Below are positions 28,845 to 39,907 of a stretch of DNA of 56,790 bases, in pieces. Within the stretch, counting starts at the first letter, position 1. Each line of letters starts with the position of its first letter. The DNA is from Promethearchaeota archaeon (lineage in GTDB: Archaea; Asgardarchaeota; Lokiarchaeia; Sigyniarchaeales; SOKP01). The notes under the pieces were generated by a model. That model was not told where the DNA came from. It saw only the letters and a program-made list of their open reading frames with translations, and did not search any database. The DNA lies in contig JAHLWP010000027.1 in assembly GCA_019057865.1 (NCBI GenBank), forward strand, positions 1-56,790, read 5' to 3'. The position numbers and the translations under genes are program-made.

Positions 28845-30734
28845 ATGTATAGATTAAAACGCCCTTCTCGACAAATTCCTGGAATTATTTCTTATCTAGA
28901 GTTCTTCTCTTCTAAAAGGTTAGCTTATTCTATATTCTTTGGTATGCCAATCCTTTTAGGGCTAATCTCAATGATACTAAACAATATATTTATTGAAGAA
29001 ATAGATCTTTTGTATTTTATTATTTTTGTAAGTCTTTTTTTAATGATTTCCGGAACTGGGGTTCTTTTTACTCTTATATTTTATTCTAGAAAAGCTCCCA
29101 TATTGCAAGCACCACCTAATGGTTGGTCGGTTCAAATGAACACATTCTTTAATACAATAATAGGACTTACTTATCTTTTAGGCCAATTATTAGCTATTAT
29201 TTTAGAAAATGGTAAATTTCGCTATGTCTTTTTTATGTTGGGTACTATCATTTCTTATATAATCGCTTTTGTTATATATTTTTCATTTACAACTGTTGGA
29301 CGTCCTGGTAATATAATATTAGCACTTTTACAACCTATTTCAGCAATCCTTTTTTATAGTGTTTACACTTTTCAATTATCCTTTGACTTTTTCATCAGGT
29401 CGATAATCTTTTTTATATCATGTGCACTTCTATTTGCTATTCCTTATAGAAGAGGTTTATTTCAAGTAAGCAATATATATAAAGAAGCAACAGGAATGAA
29501 TGGTTACCCATTCATCAGAGCTTTCATATTATCTATGATGACAGATGGGAATGATGACTTGCTTGAGAAATATTTCGATAAAGTAGGAGTAGAATCACAT
29601 GTAAAATTACAATATCTACTCATTAGAAGTGTAAAGACAGAAAGAATTAAAGGATTATTTATAATTCCACATGTCCATTTTGGTCCATTTAAAACATGTG
29701 GGTCTTCTGATTTACCTGAACATATCTATAGGGAATTTAATGATATCCCTGGGACTACAGTTTATCACACCGCAAATGATCATACTCAAAACCTTACTTC
29801 ACAAAATTATGTGGATAAAATAATAGATAGAATAAAGCTAGATATTAATGAAATAAAATTGAATTCAGAATTAGAATGGATAAAAGAAGTTAGTGATTTT
29901 TCAAGGAAATTTTCAAATAGCGCGAAACTTCTTGGAATAAAAATAGGAAATATTCCATTAATATTTATTACAAGGCACCCTCTCCCTTCCGATGATATTG
30001 AAGCTGATGTTGGTGAGCGAATTAGAGATAATGCAAAAAAATGTGATTATCGTGATATCATTATTATTGATGCTCATAATGCTATTATTGGGGATGAAAT
30101 TTTAATTAAAAAGAAATCAATTGAAGCAAATGATCTAATTAATGTCTCAAAAAAATTCTTAAAGAGTAAAACAGTAAAAAATATGCCAGTATCACAGATG
30201 TTTTATGGTGTTGCTAAAGATCCATTGAAGGAATTTACGGAAAAAGAAGGAATTGGGTATGGAGGTATTGTGGTTCATTTATTTAAGAATTCAAATACGA
30301 ATCAAAAAACAGTATTGATCCATTTCGATGGAAACAATGCTTACATAGATATCCGTTCCTATATCTTGAATTTACTTCAAAACAAGGGAGTAGAGAGAGG
30401 AGAAATAACTACTTCTGACAGCCACACCGTTGCAAGGCAACTAACAAGCAGAGGATATTCACCTATAGGTGATAAAATAAAAATTGATTTCATTCTAGAT
30501 AAAATAGATTTCTTACTCCAAGAAGCAGAAAGTGATTTAGAACCAGTTGAATTTTATTACAATGATTCAATAGAAGATAATATTAAGATTTGGGGAGATT
30601 CCAATTATTTTAATGCTATTATGGATACTCTAAAGGAATGTATTAAAGTATCTCAAAATCTATTAACATTTAGCCTCATTGTTCCCGCATTTTTTTCACT
30701 TGTATTGCTATTGTTTTTTAATATAATATTATGA
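28845..30734 (+). CDS. DUF2070 family membrane protein
   Basis: N-terminal TMs; PHVHFGPF..CGSSDLP, IDAHN, FDGNN, TSDSH. Confidence 0.88.
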   Translation: MYRLKRPSRQIPGIISYLEFFSSKRLAYSIFFGMPILLGLISMILNNIFIEEIDLLYFIIFVSLFLMISGTGVLFTLIFYSRKAPILQAPPNGWSVQMNTFFNTIIGLTYLLGQLLAIILENGKFRYVFFMLGTIISYIIAFVIYFSFTTVGRPGNIILALLQPISAILFYSVYTFQLSFDFFIRSIIFFISCALLFAIPYRRGLFQVSNIYKEATGMNGYPFIRAFILSMMTDGNDDLLEKYFDKVGVESHVKLQYLLIRSVKTERIKGLFIIPHVHFGPFKTCGSSDLPEHIYREFNDIPGTTVYHTANDHTQNLTSQNYVDKIIDRIKLDINEIKLNSELEWIKEVSDFSRKFSNSAKLLGIKIGNIPLIFITRHPLPSDDIEADVGERIRDNAKKCDYRDIIIIDAHNAIIGDEILIKKKSIEANDLINVSKKFLKSKTVKNMPVSQMFYGVAKDPLKEFTEKEGIGYGGIVVHLFKNSNTNQKTVLIHFDGNNAYIDIRSYILNLLQNKGVERGEITTSDSHTVARQLTSRGYSPIGDKIKIDFILDKIDFLLQEAESDLEPVEFYYNDSIEDNIKIWGDSNYFNAIMDTLKECIKVSQNLLTFSLIVPAFFSLVLLLFFNIIL

Positions 30735-30831
30735 TAAATTAATAACAAGTCAATCGATTTAGTTTCAACATTTATATAATTTATCTACATATTCTTTATT
30801 TATACATAATTATTCTTAACAAGAATTAGTA

Positions 30832-31557
30832 ATGGCGTTAGAAGCTCTAGATATTGTCAATGGAATTTTTAGTCTTATTTTTGTAGCAATCTCATTATTA
30901 GTTGGTCTTATTATCCTTTCGAAATATTTTCAATATAAAGAAAGAATATATTTTTTAGTTGGGTGTACATGGATCCTCATATCCGAACCTTGGTGGCCAA
31001 GTTCTCTATCTTTTCTTATAGCAATAATTAATGGTGTAGGACTTTCATCTCAAATATATTTTTTAATCGGTAACCTATTTGTCCCTGTTGCTATAATAGT
31101 TTGGTTGATTGCTTTTACAGAATTTTTATATAAAGAAAAGCGTAAACTTATTCTAATGATATTTGGAATTTATGGAATACTATTCGAAATTGTTTTTTTC
31201 ATCCTTCTATTTTTAAATCCTGACTTAATAGGAAAATTAAATCCTCCTGTAGATGTAAATTATAAGTTCTTCATTATGGTATCTTTAATTATCTTTTTAT
31301 TAATTGTTGTGATTAGTGGTTTCTTATTTGCTAATCTGTCTCTAAAATCAGATGACCCTGAGGTTAAATTAAAGGGAAAATTACTTGTTATGGCTTATAT
31401 ATCGTTTTCTATCGGAGCCTTGTTAGATTCAGCAATTCCTTTGAACGAAATTACAATAATTATAACAAGAATAATTTTAATATCAAGTGCTATTGAATGG
31501 TATGGGGGTTTTATCTTACCAAAATGGATGAGAAAACTCTTATTGAAGAAAAAATAG
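30832..31557 (+). CDS. Polytopic membrane protein (about 7 TM)
   Basis: Repeated hydrophobic segments with short loops. Confidence 0.8.
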   Translation: MALEALDIVNGIFSLIFVAISLLVGLIILSKYFQYKERIYFLVGCTWILISEPWWPSSLSFLIAIINGVGLSSQIYFLIGNLFVPVAIIVWLIAFTEFLYKEKRKLILMIFGIYGILFEIVFFILLFLNPDLIGKLNPPVDVNYKFFIMVSLIIFLLIVVISGFLFANLSLKSDDPEVKLKGKLLVMAYISFSIGALLDSAIPLNEITIIITRIILISSAIEWYGGFILPKWMRKLLLKKK

Positions 31558-31693
31558 AATCCTATATACTTTTCTTTTTTATTTTTTGAGTTTAGTCTAA
31601 TATAATATTAACATAATATATCGATATTACCGAGATTCATATTCTAAGTTTCTTCATTTTTTCTTAATAAATTAATCTATAAAAGATATAGAA

Positions 31694-32221
31694 ATGTTAC
31701 GTTCTGAATTAAATTCTATGATTAAGATAACCTTAATCGGAAGCCCGGCCGTTGGGAAGACTACAATGTTAAGACTTTTAGCGAGAGAGACTATTGATAA
31801 ATTATACCTCCCCACTCATGGGCTAGACCTCAAAACTGTTAAATTTGATGATTATATTCTAAGGGTGTGGGATTTAGCTGGTCAAGAAAGTTATTTTAAG
31901 ACATATTCAAAGGATTATCTCCTTGGCACCGACATTATTTTTATTGTAACTGATTCAAGTCCTCGTAATGTATTAAACTCAAGAGAATTAATTAATTATG
32001 CATGTCACTTCGTAGGTAAAGAATGCCCAATTATCGCAATTGCAAACAAACAAGATTTAGTAAAAACTGATGGTCGAATGGATGCTAAAAGGGTTGAAGA
32101 TATACTTCATGTAAAAACATATGGACTTACAGCTATAAATCCTTCAGAACGCATAAGATTAATGAATATTATTAAAAAAGAATTAGATCAAATTGTAATA
32201 AGAAGGGGGTTAAAAGAATGA
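31694..32221 (+). CDS. Small Ras-superfamily (Arf/Rab-like) GTPase
   Basis: G1 GSPAVGKT, G2 YLPT, G3 WDLAGQ, G4 NKQD. Confidence 0.92.
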   Translation: MLRSELNSMIKITLIGSPAVGKTTMLRLLARETIDKLYLPTHGLDLKTVKFDDYILRVWDLAGQESYFKTYSKDYLLGTDIIFIVTDSSPRNVLNSRELINYACHFVGKECPIIAIANKQDLVKTDGRMDAKRVEDILHVKTYGLTAINPSERIRLMNIIKKELDQIVIRRGLKE

Positions 32222-32781
32222 ATTTTGAAGAAAAAGAACTTTTTGGGGTCGCATTAATCGGATTTGATATGATTGATGGACCATTTCTCAAATGGAAAAA
32301 GGAATACAATACTAACAATAATCTAGTGAAATTAGATGATTTTGCTATGAATTTTTATTTAGCATTTCGAGGTGGAAATCGAGGTAAAGATAAGAAAACT
32401 CCAAGGGCAATATTATATGACAATTTCTATATAGTTGCCTTCCCTAAAGATTTAGAACTATGCTGCCTATTCATGAAACCCAAAGGAATTGATAATAATA
32501 TTAAACAATTAAATAAAATTGCAACTCGAATCATAACCGAAATGGAATTAGATGAAGAAGAAGATTCTCAATCTGAACTTTCAGATGAAGATACCGTTGA
32601 AGAAGTTAAAAGATTAATTTCAAATTTACTAAATGGAACAGAAATGTCAACTCCAGAATTGAGAAGATATTTCAAGCTAAGTAATTCACAGATTTGGAAA
32701 GTAATGTCGGATTTAGAGAGCTCTAAAAAAATCAAGCGAACACGAAAAAAAGGAAGATCCATCTTATGGACAGCTGTTTAA
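32218..32781 (+). CDS. Putative longin/uDENN-like domain fused to a C-terminal winged HTH
   Basis: GVALIGFDMIDGPFLKW start, acidic linker, then MSTPELRRYFKLSNSQIWKVMSDLE (HTH); ATGA overlap with the GTPase. Confidence 0.55.
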   Translation: MNFEEKELFGVALIGFDMIDGPFLKWKKEYNTNNNLVKLDDFAMNFYLAFRGGNRGKDKKTPRAILYDNFYIVAFPKDLELCCLFMKPKGIDNNIKQLNKIATRIITEMELDEEEDSQSELSDEDTVEEVKRLISNLLNGTEMSTPELRRYFKLSNSQIWKVMSDLESSKKIKRTRKKGRSILWTAV

Positions 32782-32810
32782 TATTTCCTTTTTTTGCTTT
32801 TTTATTTATA

Positions 32811-33623
32811 TTATCTTGTCCTATGTTCCCAATTTTTTAATTTGGTATAGTATCTTGAAAACATGATATGGCAAATATCAGGTAAATCTTTATCTAGGTT
32901 ATTAACAGTTATGTATCTAAGGATATGGTTAATAGTGAAAATCCCTAAAAATTCAATATGATAACTACCAACTCTCTCTAAATTATCACCTGAATAAGAG
33001 ATATCCAATCCTTTTTGATCATGGTACTTAATTTCAGTTAAAATTTTTGGAAACATTTCTCTTTTAATTCTCCAACCTTCAGAAGTTTTCCAGACTTTTG
33101 CACCTAGAAAAGATTCCAGTTTGTTTTTATCTTCTTCCTTCAATAATTTGAACGGTTCGCTTCTTTGAATCAGGACTTTTTCCATCATTTCAGTTTTTTT
33201 ACTATATGTTTTTTCAAAAGGTATTTTACCCTTAATTTGTCTTTCTATAAAATCCATGACAACGTCAATAAAAGTAGCACTATCTTCCCCTGGAACCCAA
33301 GTAGCATGTTCCCCTGAAAAATAAAACTTAAATTCTGCTTCAATCTCATCACCAAATTCATCACCAAAATAGGAGTAAGCCATATGGATATTCACTTCAG
33401 GAAACATTTCAATTGTTATGGTCCAATCTTCACTCAAACCGATATTTTCAATTTGCCCTCCCAAATCTTCATAGATAATTCTTTCTAATTTATCTTTATC
33501 TATTCCTATAAATAAATGATGCTTTGCTGTACTAATATCTGCCAATTCTTTTTCATGTGGTCCTCTTACACCTGTAGCATCAATTTGTCCTACTGTCCAA
33601 AATTTTCTTTTATCTGCTGTCAT
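32811..33623 (-). CDS. DUF3786-like protein with an internal duplication
   Basis: LGG...W.ITIEMFPEV...GDEF...PGEDSA and a second copy LGA...W.IKREMFPKI. Confidence 0.5.
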   Translation of the reverse strand: MTADKRKFWTVGQIDATGVRGPHEKELADISTAKHHLFIGIDKDKLERIIYEDLGGQIENIGLSEDWTITIEMFPEVNIHMAYSYFGDEFGDEIEAEFKFYFSGEHATWVPGEDSATFIDVVMDFIERQIKGKIPFEKTYSKKTEMMEKVLIQRSEPFKLLKEEDKNKLESFLGAKVWKTSEGWRIKREMFPKILTEIKYHDQKGLDISYSGDNLERVGSYHIEFLGIFTINHILRYITVNNLDKDLPDICHIMFSRYYTKLKNWEHRTR

Positions 33624-33628
33624 GTTAG

Positions 33629-34912
33629 TTATCTTTTTGATTGATTATATATTTCTTTTTTTTTGAATTTTGCGATAAAGAAACCTTGAGTATGATGCTG
33701 AGCAGGAAATAATCGTACTGTTCCCGGAATAACACTCCCATCGATTTTATAACTTGGGGAGAACCATTTTGGCAACTCTAAAGGTTCTAAATATTTTAAG
33801 AATTTTAAGATCTGTAATTCTCCTTCTTCTGGATAAAGACTACAAGTGGAGTAAACAAGAATACCACAAGGTTTTAATAAATTCAATGCATTTTTAAGAA
33901 GTTTTTTTTGAAGAACAACATTTTGATGTAAGAAATTTTCATTCTGACGCCATTTAAGTTCTGGATTTGATAGAAATGTCCCACTACCAGTACAAGGAGC
34001 ATCTAATAGAACTTTATCAAAATATCCTTTAAACCTAATAGGAAATTGAATACTGTCAGTATTCAGTAGGAATGTTCTCTTGACACCTAATTTATGTAAT
34101 ATTTTTTTCATTTCATTTATTCGGCTAAGTAAAAAATCACTAGCGAAAATTTTTGCTTCATTTCTTGTATATTGGGCAATAAGACTAGTTTTCATTCCTG
34201 GTGCTGCACACATATCACAAATAAGGTCATTAGGATGTGGAGATAAAACATTAACAACCGCCACAGAACCTTTATCCTGAATAGTTAAATTTCCTTTTCT
34301 GATAGATTTGGATATAATCTCTCTCTTATCAATAGGAATGTGTATAATTTCAGGGATTTCTTGATCAATATGAAAATTAACATTATCTCTTTTTAAGCTA
34401 TTTTGAATTTCTTCAATTGTGCTGTTTAAAGTATTAATTCTGACAGAGAATTCTGTGTAATTTTTTATATTATTCATATATTCTATGTTTTTTCTTATAT
34501 CTTTAAAAGACATTACTGATCCTAAATGATTAATAAAGAATGTAGATATTGCTTCTTTTATGCTTAAAATTTCGATTTTAGATTTTCCTTTAATCGCCTG
34601 CTCCCATTTAAAGGTACGTAGCTTCTTTAAAAATTGGTGAATCTTTAGGTCTTCTTTTGAAACATTAAGTTCATTATATAATGAATTATTAGAAGCATTT
34701 TCCCAGAGAATACGATATGTCATATAAAGATATAGAGCTTTACTTAATTGATCATATTCACTTTGTATATTTAGCGATCTAAGAGTTTTCTTAATGATGA
34801 AATTTAATTTACTCCAGTATCTTACAATCTCATTATAATAATGAAGAATTTTAGGATATTTATAGTGTTTTTCAGAAATAAATCCCGTTTCTCTAGAAAT
34901 AAATTTATCCAA
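33629..34912 (-). CDS. RsmB/NOP2 family RNA m5C methyltransferase
   Basis: DMCAAPGMKT, FDKVLLDAPCTGSG, LVYSTCS. The frame is open upstream to an ATA at 34972. Confidence 0.93.
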   Translation of the reverse strand: MDKFISRETGFISEKHYKYPKILHYYNEIVRYWSKLNFIIKKTLRSLNIQSEYDQLSKALYLYMTYRILWENASNNSLYNELNVSKEDLKIHQFLKKLRTFKWEQAIKGKSKIEILSIKEAISTFFINHLGSVMSFKDIRKNIEYMNNIKNYTEFSVRINTLNSTIEEIQNSLKRDNVNFHIDQEIPEIIHIPIDKREIISKSIRKGNLTIQDKGSVAVVNVLSPHPNDLICDMCAAPGMKTSLIAQYTRNEAKIFASDFLLSRINEMKKILHKLGVKRTFLLNTDSIQFPIRFKGYFDKVLLDAPCTGSGTFLSNPELKWRQNENFLHQNVVLQKKLLKNALNLLKPCGILVYSTCSLYPEEGELQILKFLKYLEPLELPKWFSPSYKIDGSVIPGTVRLFPAQHHTQGFFIAKFKKKEIYNQSKR

Positions 34913-34994
34913 AAGACTTAAAATGGTATCTAAATAACCTTCTTTGATTTTATATAGCCTCTTCTTATTTATCCTCTAATTAAATAAAAATAAG

Positions 34995-36242
34995 TTACTC
35001 TACAAATTGTTTAATAACAAGTTCTAATTCCTTTTCCTTAATAAATTTCTTTTTAGTGATGGTAGAATGGACCTCTTTCATAATTTGAGGTAGAAACTTC
35101 TCGCAATTTTTAATTCCCATCTTTCGGCATTTCATTTTAACAGCATCTCCATGTAGGGTTGTTGGACCAAAAATGATATTCTCTTCTTGACCAACAATTT
35201 CTGGCCTATAAGGTGTAAAGCACATCCAATACTTATCTTTCTCTAAAGCACTCATTACGTGTAATTCACTTTCATGTAAAAAAGTATTTCTCCCTACTAT
35301 TGGCTTATTATATGGCAACGGTACACCTGATACCTTTTCTATAAACTTACAGAAATCATAAAGCTTAGATAGTTCGATTCCCGTATCAATTCCATAGAGC
35401 ATTTCTAAAGTTACAATAACTTCTTCAAAAGAAGTGTTTCCTGCACGATCTCCTAGTTTATTTGCTATTAAATCCATATAAATTGCTCCTTGCTCGATAG
35501 CTGCAATTGTAGAAGCCGTACCTAACCCAAAATCATCATGGACATGTATTCCAATAGGGATATCTTTTACTAAAGGCTTAATTTCCTTAATCAAATAAGA
35601 AATAGCCGGAATATTACAAGCACCAACTGTATCATACAACATTACCATGTTTGCACCAAACTTTACACCTTTTTCGATTGCCTTCTTTAGAATATTAATA
35701 TCCGAACGTGTAGCATCCACACAATCTAATATTGCTTTACCTCCTAATCGCTTTATTCTCTTTAAAACAGATGGAATTAGACTAATCATAACATCGGGAG
35801 AGATATTTTCATCACCTGTAAATAATTGAAGTTGCCACTTAGTCAAAACAATTCCAAATCCAATATAATCTAATTTTGCTTCTAATGATTTCTTAATTTC
35901 ATCAGTCCAACGTGTAGGATTTGAGCTTAAATGAGAATATGTTTTTAATTTTAACCCTAATTCTTTAATTTGATTAGCAAGATCCCATTGATCTTGAACT
36001 TGACCAATGTAGCCACAATCAATATGCTCTACACCTAGTTCTTCTAATTTTTCCACAATTTTAATTTTCTGATCTAGTGTATAGTACACACCTGGTGTTT
36101 CCTCTCCTTCTCTAATGGTAGAGTCTCGAACATAAACTCTTTTAGGGAGATTAAAAGATTCTCTTACATCATTTGAATAATTTAAAGGTGATATCCACCA
36201 TTTTTGGTTAAACCATTTAGATTCTTCTTCCATTTTATTCAC
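34995..36242 (-). CDS. Homocitrate/2-isopropylmalate synthase-like DRE-TIM enzyme, no regulatory domain
   Basis: DSTIREGEE, HVHDDFGLG, LGDRAGN, FLHES. Confidence 0.88.
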   Translation of the reverse strand: MNKMEEESKWFNQKWWISPLNYSNDVRESFNLPKRVYVRDSTIREGEETPGVYYTLDQKIKIVEKLEELGVEHIDCGYIGQVQDQWDLANQIKELGLKLKTYSHLSSNPTRWTDEIKKSLEAKLDYIGFGIVLTKWQLQLFTGDENISPDVMISLIPSVLKRIKRLGGKAILDCVDATRSDINILKKAIEKGVKFGANMVMLYDTVGACNIPAISYLIKEIKPLVKDIPIGIHVHDDFGLGTASTIAAIEQGAIYMDLIANKLGDRAGNTSFEEVIVTLEMLYGIDTGIELSKLYDFCKFIEKVSGVPLPYNKPIVGRNTFLHESELHVMSALEKDKYWMCFTPYRPEIVGQEENIIFGPTTLHGDAVKMKCRKMGIKNCEKFLPQIMKEVHSTITKKKFIKEKELELVIKQFVE

Positions 36243-36314
36243 TTTTATTAGGATTATATTTTATTTTTTTATTATTTTTAATATTTAATTTTCATTAATT
36301 TCATAGAACTCAAT

Positions 36315-37526
36315 CTACCTTACAATCTCTTTCGCTATATCTTCAAGTTCTTTTTCAGAAATGAAATTCTTATTTTTAATTCTATCTTTGATTTTTTCAC
36401 GAATGATATTAATATGACTATTAGTAGGATTTAGGTCCATTTTTTTCAATTTTGCTTTTATTGCCCTATCTTGAAGTGTAGTTGCTCCAAATATCAGCTT
36501 TCGTGTCTGTCCAACCACATAAGGTTGAAATAATTCCCAAGTAACCCAATTACCGAGTAAAATCTGCTCAACGTGTAAATCAGATTCATGTATAAAACAA
36601 TTTTTTCCTACAATAGCTTTATGAGATTGCAAAGGGGTTTTGCTATACTTTTCGATAAGTTGAGAAACCTCCATAATTTTTCCTAATTTTAAATTTAGAT
36701 TAAACCCATACAAAATCTCAAGAGCCATTATAACTTCTTCAGTTGCCGCATTTCCTGCTCTATCTCCTAAACCATTAAATACCACATCAACAACTTCAGC
36801 TCCTCCTTCTACTCCTGCAAGGGTAGTTGCCACGGCTAATCCAAGATCATTATGCGTATGGACTTCTATAGGTATATCTTTAACTATATTTTTAGTAAAA
36901 ACGACTGTTTCTTTAAATGCTAATGGTAACGCACATCCGTTTCCATCATAAACCACTACCCGATCTACTCCAGCATCAACAGCAATTTGCAAAAATCTTT
37001 CCCAAAATCTTGGAATAACACGACCAGATCCAAAAGCTACATATGCTCCCTGAGATTTTGCATATTCTATACCTTCGGTTATTCTTTCAAACACTTCTTT
37101 CTTAGTTTTTAAAGTGGGGCTGGGGACGAGTAAGAAATTAATATAATCTGCTTCTGAAGCCAAGATATCATCAACTTCTTTTTTTACATCTTCCACATAC
37201 ATTCTCGCGTGTGATGATAATTTCATTTTTATGCCTTCTTTTTTAAGAGCTTTAAAAGTCTCACTATGTTCTTTAATTCCTGCAGCATATCCTACTTCAA
37301 TTTCTTTTATTCCCATTTCTTCCAATAATTTAGCAATTTCAACCTTTTGGTCAATTGTAAAATAGGTTCCTGGTGTCTCTTCACCCTCTCTTAATGTGTC
37401 ATCTTTAACAATTATTTTCTCTGGCAATTTCATTTGATTTCTTACTGATTCTGCAAAATTCCATTCATAACTCCACCAACGTTGTTCTTTATCCATTCTC
37501 ATTGATGCCCAAGCATTTAACCACAT
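36315..37526 (-). CDS. Homocitrate/2-isopropylmalate synthase-like DRE-TIM enzyme, paralogue
   Basis: DDTLREGEE, HTHNDLGLA, GLGDRAGN, FIHES. Confidence 0.88.
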   Translation of the reverse strand: MWLNAWASMRMDKEQRWWSYEWNFAESVRNQMKLPEKIIVKDDTLREGEETPGTYFTIDQKVEIAKLLEEMGIKEIEVGYAAGIKEHSETFKALKKEGIKMKLSSHARMYVEDVKKEVDDILASEADYINFLLVPSPTLKTKKEVFERITEGIEYAKSQGAYVAFGSGRVIPRFWERFLQIAVDAGVDRVVVYDGNGCALPLAFKETVVFTKNIVKDIPIEVHTHNDLGLAVATTLAGVEGGAEVVDVVFNGLGDRAGNAATEEVIMALEILYGFNLNLKLGKIMEVSQLIEKYSKTPLQSHKAIVGKNCFIHESDLHVEQILLGNWVTWELFQPYVVGQTRKLIFGATTLQDRAIKAKLKKMDLNPTNSHINIIREKIKDRIKNKNFISEKELEDIAKEIVR

Positions 37527-37660
37527 AAATTCAAGCCTTAAATTTTTTAATAAGGTTAATTCAATTAATAAATTTGTTCTATCTTATAAACTATAAATGC
37601 TTTTGAAGTATAAAAATTAAATCTTGGAAGTATTAAATAATAAAACCAAATTAATTTAGA

Positions 37661-38182
37661 CTAAACTTCAATATTTAATCCTTTTTTAATTCCTTCAAAA
37701 AGGATTATTCCAAGGGTAGCTAAAATAACCTCAGCGATTAAGACTTGAATAAACATTAGCCACAGTGGTAATAAGAGAACAATATATAAAATTACAGCAA
37801 CATAAAAAGAAATAATTATAGCATACAAAATTCCTCCTAAATATTTCAAAATTCTCTTATCCTTAAAATAGACTATGCAAAGCAACGCTGGAACATTTAC
37901 CCAACAACTATTTAAATCAATTAAACCTAATGGAGAAGTTAAATTTAAAAAAAATACACCTAAGACATTCCCAATTAAACCTTCAAATGGAAAAATAATA
38001 CACATTCCAACTATTAGTTCAGCAACTCGAAACTGGATCCCTAGAAAACTAATAGGCTGAAAAATATAACCTAAGGCAATATATAAAGCAGCAGTTATAG
38101 CTATTAAAGCAACTGTCAAACTAATGCTCCTTTGCTTAAAAATAAATGTTTTTTCTTCGCTAAGTTTGTTTTCAATAGTCAT
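37661..38182 (-). CDS. queT: QueT family transporter
   Basis: AALYIAL...PISF.GIQFRVAE...SPLGLID. Confidence 0.85.
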   Translation of the reverse strand: MTIENKLSEEKTFIFKQRSISLTVALIAITAALYIALGYIFQPISFLGIQFRVAELIVGMCIIFPFEGLIGNVLGVFFLNLTSPLGLIDLNSCWVNVPALLCIVYFKDKRILKYLGGILYAIIISFYVAVILYIVLLLPLWLMFIQVLIAEVILATLGIILFEGIKKGLNIEV

Positions 38183-38356
38183 GATTATCCATAGAATAAT
38201 TAGAATTTCAATAAATGGTCATATTGATTTATAAATTAAAACTTTATGAATAATTAAGTTTAATAAATAAATCAGTTTTTAATACTTTTAAAGTTTTAAA
38301 AAACAATCTCATTGAACTTATCCTAAAAAAATAAGTAAAGTGATTAAAAAGAGAAT

Positions 38357-39688
38357 TTATGTAAAAGTATCGATTGTTTTTTGAGTCTTAATAAAATTTA
38401 TTAATTTACTACTTTTTTTCCAATATTTTAAATCAACCATGAAACCTTGAGCCATTTTTTTTATGGCATCATCAAAATTGTCAAGTGTAATCGACGATCC
38501 TAAAGCCATTGCATTTTTTACGGTTTCTCTGATGACCCAAACCCCTAAAGGAACAAGATAACCTCCACGAACCTCACGAAAAATTAAAACTCTTGCTTGT
38601 CTCCCAATATTATATAGGTATTCACAGACCTCTTTTCTCGCAGCATAATAAGCACCAGTAATATTGCTTGCGTAATTTTTTCTTCCTTGATAGAATTCAT
38701 AATCAGTCATTATCTGAGGTTTCAGATTTCGATTCCGACCATCGAGAGAGATATTCCATAAAGTATTTGGTGCCCAAACTTCGTTCATTTCATAAGTAAA
38801 CTTCCCTGGAAAAAGGAGAATTTTAAAATGATTATCAAGATAATTACTTTCAAAAATTTGGTAATCGTTAATCTCTGGAAATCTTTTAATCTCTTTAATT
38901 ACTGCTTTTGAAATTATATCATCCACAGCTGTAATAGTCCAGCGAGTGGGTACTAATCTACGATTTTTTTTTTGACCAAGCAATCCAGCAGAGAATATTC
39001 TTTTGATTGTTGATTGAGGTACATGCCCTTTAAAATAAAGATGCTCTGATACAGCATCTACTGCTTTTAAATCTGTATCTGATACACAATATTCTACTTT
39101 AGGATGAACTTTTACATTTTCAGTAATTCTAATTTTTTCAGTCATCCCAGTTGGACCGATTGGTGGGGCATGATTATCCATTAGCATTCTAAGATTCATT
39201 TTCTCTAATTTAGTTTCAGTATCAACAGGACGAGCAGCCATGGCTAACTCTTGAGATGCGTCTAATAGTTTTTGTACTTTTATAGGACGTGTATTTTTCC
39301 TACTTGTTTGACCTATGAAGACATTAGTTTTAAAATTATTTCTAACTAAGCTACTTCTATAGCTTACAATTTCGGCCATTTGTTTACCAAACCAGAGCTC
39401 TGGAGCATCAAGGATATAATTATCGGGAACATTTAAATTCAACTTAAACTCCTGAAAAGGAACAAGAGGTCCTAAATATACGTTAGGATAACTAAAATTT
39501 CCTACAAAGAAACCAGGAGGACTTGCACCAAAAATATCTACATCTCTAATAGTTTTATCTAATTTATAGGGGACTAGAGATTTCAATACGGATTTTTTTA
39601 ATAAGATTGGACAAGACTTTTTACCACAAAGAAATCTCGCTCCTTTACATCGGAGACATATATTTTTTTCTGTCGGAGGCCTGACCAC
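38357..39688 (-). CDS. nreA: Archaeal DNA repair protein Nre
   Basis: CLRCKG...CG...CP N-terminus, LVPTRWTITAVD, GAYYAAR, PLGVWVIRE and a C-terminal PIP-like QKTIDTF. Confidence 0.92.
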   Translation of the reverse strand: MVRPPTEKNICLRCKGARFLCGKKSCPILLKKSVLKSLVPYKLDKTIRDVDIFGASPPGFFVGNFSYPNVYLGPLVPFQEFKLNLNVPDNYILDAPELWFGKQMAEIVSYRSSLVRNNFKTNVFIGQTSRKNTRPIKVQKLLDASQELAMAARPVDTETKLEKMNLRMLMDNHAPPIGPTGMTEKIRITENVKVHPKVEYCVSDTDLKAVDAVSEHLYFKGHVPQSTIKRIFSAGLLGQKKNRRLVPTRWTITAVDDIISKAVIKEIKRFPEINDYQIFESNYLDNHFKILLFPGKFTYEMNEVWAPNTLWNISLDGRNRNLKPQIMTDYEFYQGRKNYASNITGAYYAARKEVCEYLYNIGRQARVLIFREVRGGYLVPLGVWVIRETVKNAMALGSSITLDNFDDAIKKMAQGFMVDLKYWKKSSKLINFIKTQKTIDTFT

Positions 39689-39907
39689 TATTTTCTCTCT
39701 AAAACTTTATTCTTGTTTAATAATAAAAAACGTTTCTTATTATTAAAAAGGTAAAGGAGTTTAAATTTTTAATATTTATATTAAAGAACCAACATTCTAT
39801 TTTTATTAATTATAAAATATTTGATAAGTAATAATTTATTACAAAAACTTATAATTTATAATAAATTGTAATATTTTGTAATATGTAAAAATAAATATAT
39901 TTTTTTT

